Source: Bipalium vagum
Taxonomy: Eukaryota
Assembly (NCBI GenBank): GCA_037834085.1
Contig: JBBMKC010162369.1
Location: forward strand, 1-37,107
Length of the DNA: 37,107 nt
Direction of reading: 5' to 3'
Part shown: positions 34,873-37,107 of the stretch, piece after piece
Layout: each line of letters starts with the position of its first letter
How positions within the stretch are numbered: position 1 is the stretch's first letter
Program-made: the position numbers and the translations under genes
The notes under the pieces: generated by a model
Seen by the model: only the letters and a program-made list of their open reading frames with translations
Databases searched by the model: none
Told to the model about the DNA's origin: nothing

Positions 34873-36018
34873 CAGGATGAGTGTAAATTTCTTTAATTAC
34901 TTTAAATTTGTGTAACATAAGAAAGGTTCAGAAACCGAGACAATTAATGATTTAAAAAGATATCAAATGTTTATTTTACAACATAAAATAAACAGCATAA
35001 GTCTTAACAGTTTACAAAGTTGGCAAATTATCAGCTATCATTGCTTCCATTTCTTCTCTTATTAGTTTTTCAATCGACCTGCACATTGAAAGTGATGTTT
35101 GTACACTTTCTTTTATATTTCCCTCATAGAAATAATCCATTATTATTACATCTCGAATTAAGGTGGCCAAAGGTCCAAACAATGTTAGAGGAAATTTTTC
35201 ATTTAAAAAATTTCTCAGAGGTTTTGTCCAATGAGGTGATAATCCACCCTTTTGAAGTATTGCTTTTAAATATATCTTGTTAGCCTTAAACTAGAATCAC
35301 ATATTCTGTTAACAGTTTTTAATTATAGGAGCCAGAAACTTTCCTGAAAAAGTATTGACAAATAATTTTATTGTGAAACATTCAAGTCCAGACAATAACA
35401 CCTAAAGACTTTATTTGTTTTTCTGTATGAAGATGGAGATTTTATATTCCGAAATGACACAATTTCGAGAATTACCGGATTCATTTAATTCTAATATTGA
35501 CTCATCAGTAAATATTGCATTTTTAGATAGTCACGCTTATCGAAAAGTAATTCCTTTTTTCCATTAGAAAATGAAATTTTTAATATGTGATAATCTTATA
35601 ATAACTGATGAACTAGGAAATAATGACATACTCTTATACCAATTTTATATTTCAAAGCTTCTCTTATTGTTGGTATGTTAATTACATATTTTAAATTCAG
35701 ATGAAGCTTCTCTGAGAGATTTTTTGGATGTCCAAAGTTCTAATTAAAGACAACTTTTTTGTCATAAGGTAATCTTCCATGACTAGGTTTGTCCAAACTG
35801 AATCAATTTTCATAAATTTATTACGTAAATTTCGTATGGCGTTGCACTGAAAGATGTACTTTCATAACCAATATCTATTGTTGCTGCACCAGTTTCACGG
35901 AACCAAATTTTGCTTCCCATAAAATGATCAAAACCATTTGTCAAGTATTTGAAAAGTATTAAATAATTAAAACTAAAACCAATTTTTTATAATTTTGGAA
36001 TAAATAATATACATCTTG
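34873..36018 (-). mobile_element. Decayed rosa/DD41D-like Tc1/mariner element
   Basis: Minus strand: KIWFRETG..., KKSLREAS, AIFTDES, QKGGLSPHWTKPLRNFLNEKFP and WPP..RDVIIMDYFY (WPPRSPDLxxxDFFLWG). The terminus TA|CAGGATGAG is at 34871-34881. The other end is approximate. Confidence 0.78.
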
Positions 36019-36019
36019 C

Positions 36020-36480
36020 TACCGTGTTTCTTGGATAATAAGGCCTTCTTTGAAAATACGCTCTCCTCCGATTTTTCCAGAAATTTTAAATATAAGGCCT
36101 CCTTGGAAAGTAAGCCCTCGTATTTTGGTATCTATTTTATTTTTTAAAAACGTTTTTTTCAAAGAATTTTTTTATTTATTATTATAATACATTTATTTTT
36201 ACAAATTAAAGTTACTATTTTACCTTTAATATATCATTTACTCGTACTTTTTACTTATGCATATTCAATATATTTACTTTTAGGAAAACATAATATAGGA
36301 AACATAATTTCTAAATTCTTAAAGCCATTTTTTATTATATTCTTAGTGTGGGGACTCCCAGGTAAACTTCCAGGACTTCCACGAGACGAGAGACAGAATT
36401 AAACGTTTAAGAAACATTTTTGTAAAACATTTTTTGTGATTCATCAAACCTTCTTTGTACATGGAACAAAACTTCTGGAA
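36020..36480 (-). mobile_element. Terminal fragment of a pogo/Tc2-like DNA transposon
   Basis: TA|CCGTGTTTC terminus with subterminal TAAGGCC/TAAGCCC repeats (36020-36120). The minus strand reads WKFTWES...NIIKNGFKNLEI (cf. pogo AW...I.NSFKKCGI). Confidence 0.5.
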
Positions 36481-36849
36481 ATATTGTAAAGAACTCTTTA
36501 TTTTGCATGCGTGTAAAATATGTGTGAAATATTATTAAATATATGTAAATTATTATTGATAACTCCCGAAAAATATAAAAATATAAAATAAATAAATAAA
36601 ATATAATATTTGTAAAAATGATACATAAATTAGTATAATTCTAAATTTAAAAAGTTCAGTAAAATAATTACTAAAAATAAAAATAATAATCTATAACCGC
36701 ATAAATAATAAAAAATTAATATATAAAAAATTAAAATTAGTAATTGCAGATTACTAAAAATAATTAAAAGAGAAATTTTTTATTATAAATAAAATCGCTT
36801 ATAATTAAAAGGGACAAAAAACAAAAAAATCTATACGAGTAACTAAACG

Positions 36850-37107
36850 ACAAATCCAACGTCAAATACTGTTAAAATCAAAACAGAAATTAGATCCTAG
36901 CCAGTCAGTAGCAATCAAATCATTAACCAATATTTTTATATCACGAAGATCAAATATCAGAACTGTTGACAAGTAAAACAGAAATCGGATACGGTAAAAC
37001 AAATTTTTAGCCATATATAAGCTACTGGAAGAACAATCGAAAAAACAGAACAAACGATTGAAAAGCAACTGAAAGAACGTTTGACCAAACAACTGATAGA
37101 TCAACTG
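36850..37107 (+). mobile_element. Possible Penelope-like RT N-terminal remnant running off the window end
   Basis: KQKLDPSQSVAIKSLTN...NIRTVDK*N resembles the PLE pattern NLxxxxxxALKxL...IxxxDKGN. Weak. Confidence 0.3.

Noticed and set aside
1-37107. CRISPR arrays, tRNA/rRNA/snRNA genes, prokaryotic operons, alternative nuclear genetic code
   Set aside because: No regularly spaced repeats or recognisable RNA gene motifs were seen. Both genes translate cleanly with the standard code and end in TAA.

Overview
Very AT-rich eukaryotic genomic DNA. The style (40-60 nt mini-introns, (ATT)n microsatellites, dense decayed Tc1/mariner, Gypsy and Penelope relics) suggests an invertebrate such as a planarian flatworm, but the organism is an inference. 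I reconstructed two intact, spliced + strand genes by hand, with consistent intron phases. (1) HELQ/POLQ-like SF2 DNA helicase, about 2019-5768, 13 exons, about 858 aa. (2) A divergent lethal(2) giant larvae (LGL) polarity protein, 9131-31844, 19 coding exons, about 1406 aa. It has large acidic insertions, an altered aPKC/polybasic motif and a C-terminal extension. The large LGL introns and the intergenic flanks hold many decayed transposons: mariner DD34D, rosa/DD41D-like, Tc1-like, pogo-like, a TA-flanked MITE, Gypsy integrase/PPT/LTR, Penelope-like and FLYWCH fragments. The first 1.2 kb is unexplained. It looks like a spliced, probably non-coding transcript (or a long HELQ 5' leader) whose first intron has several overlapping complementary segments. 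There are no prokaryotic systems, CRISPR arrays, tRNA or rRNA genes. All protein-family calls come from motif recognition by eye, not database searches.
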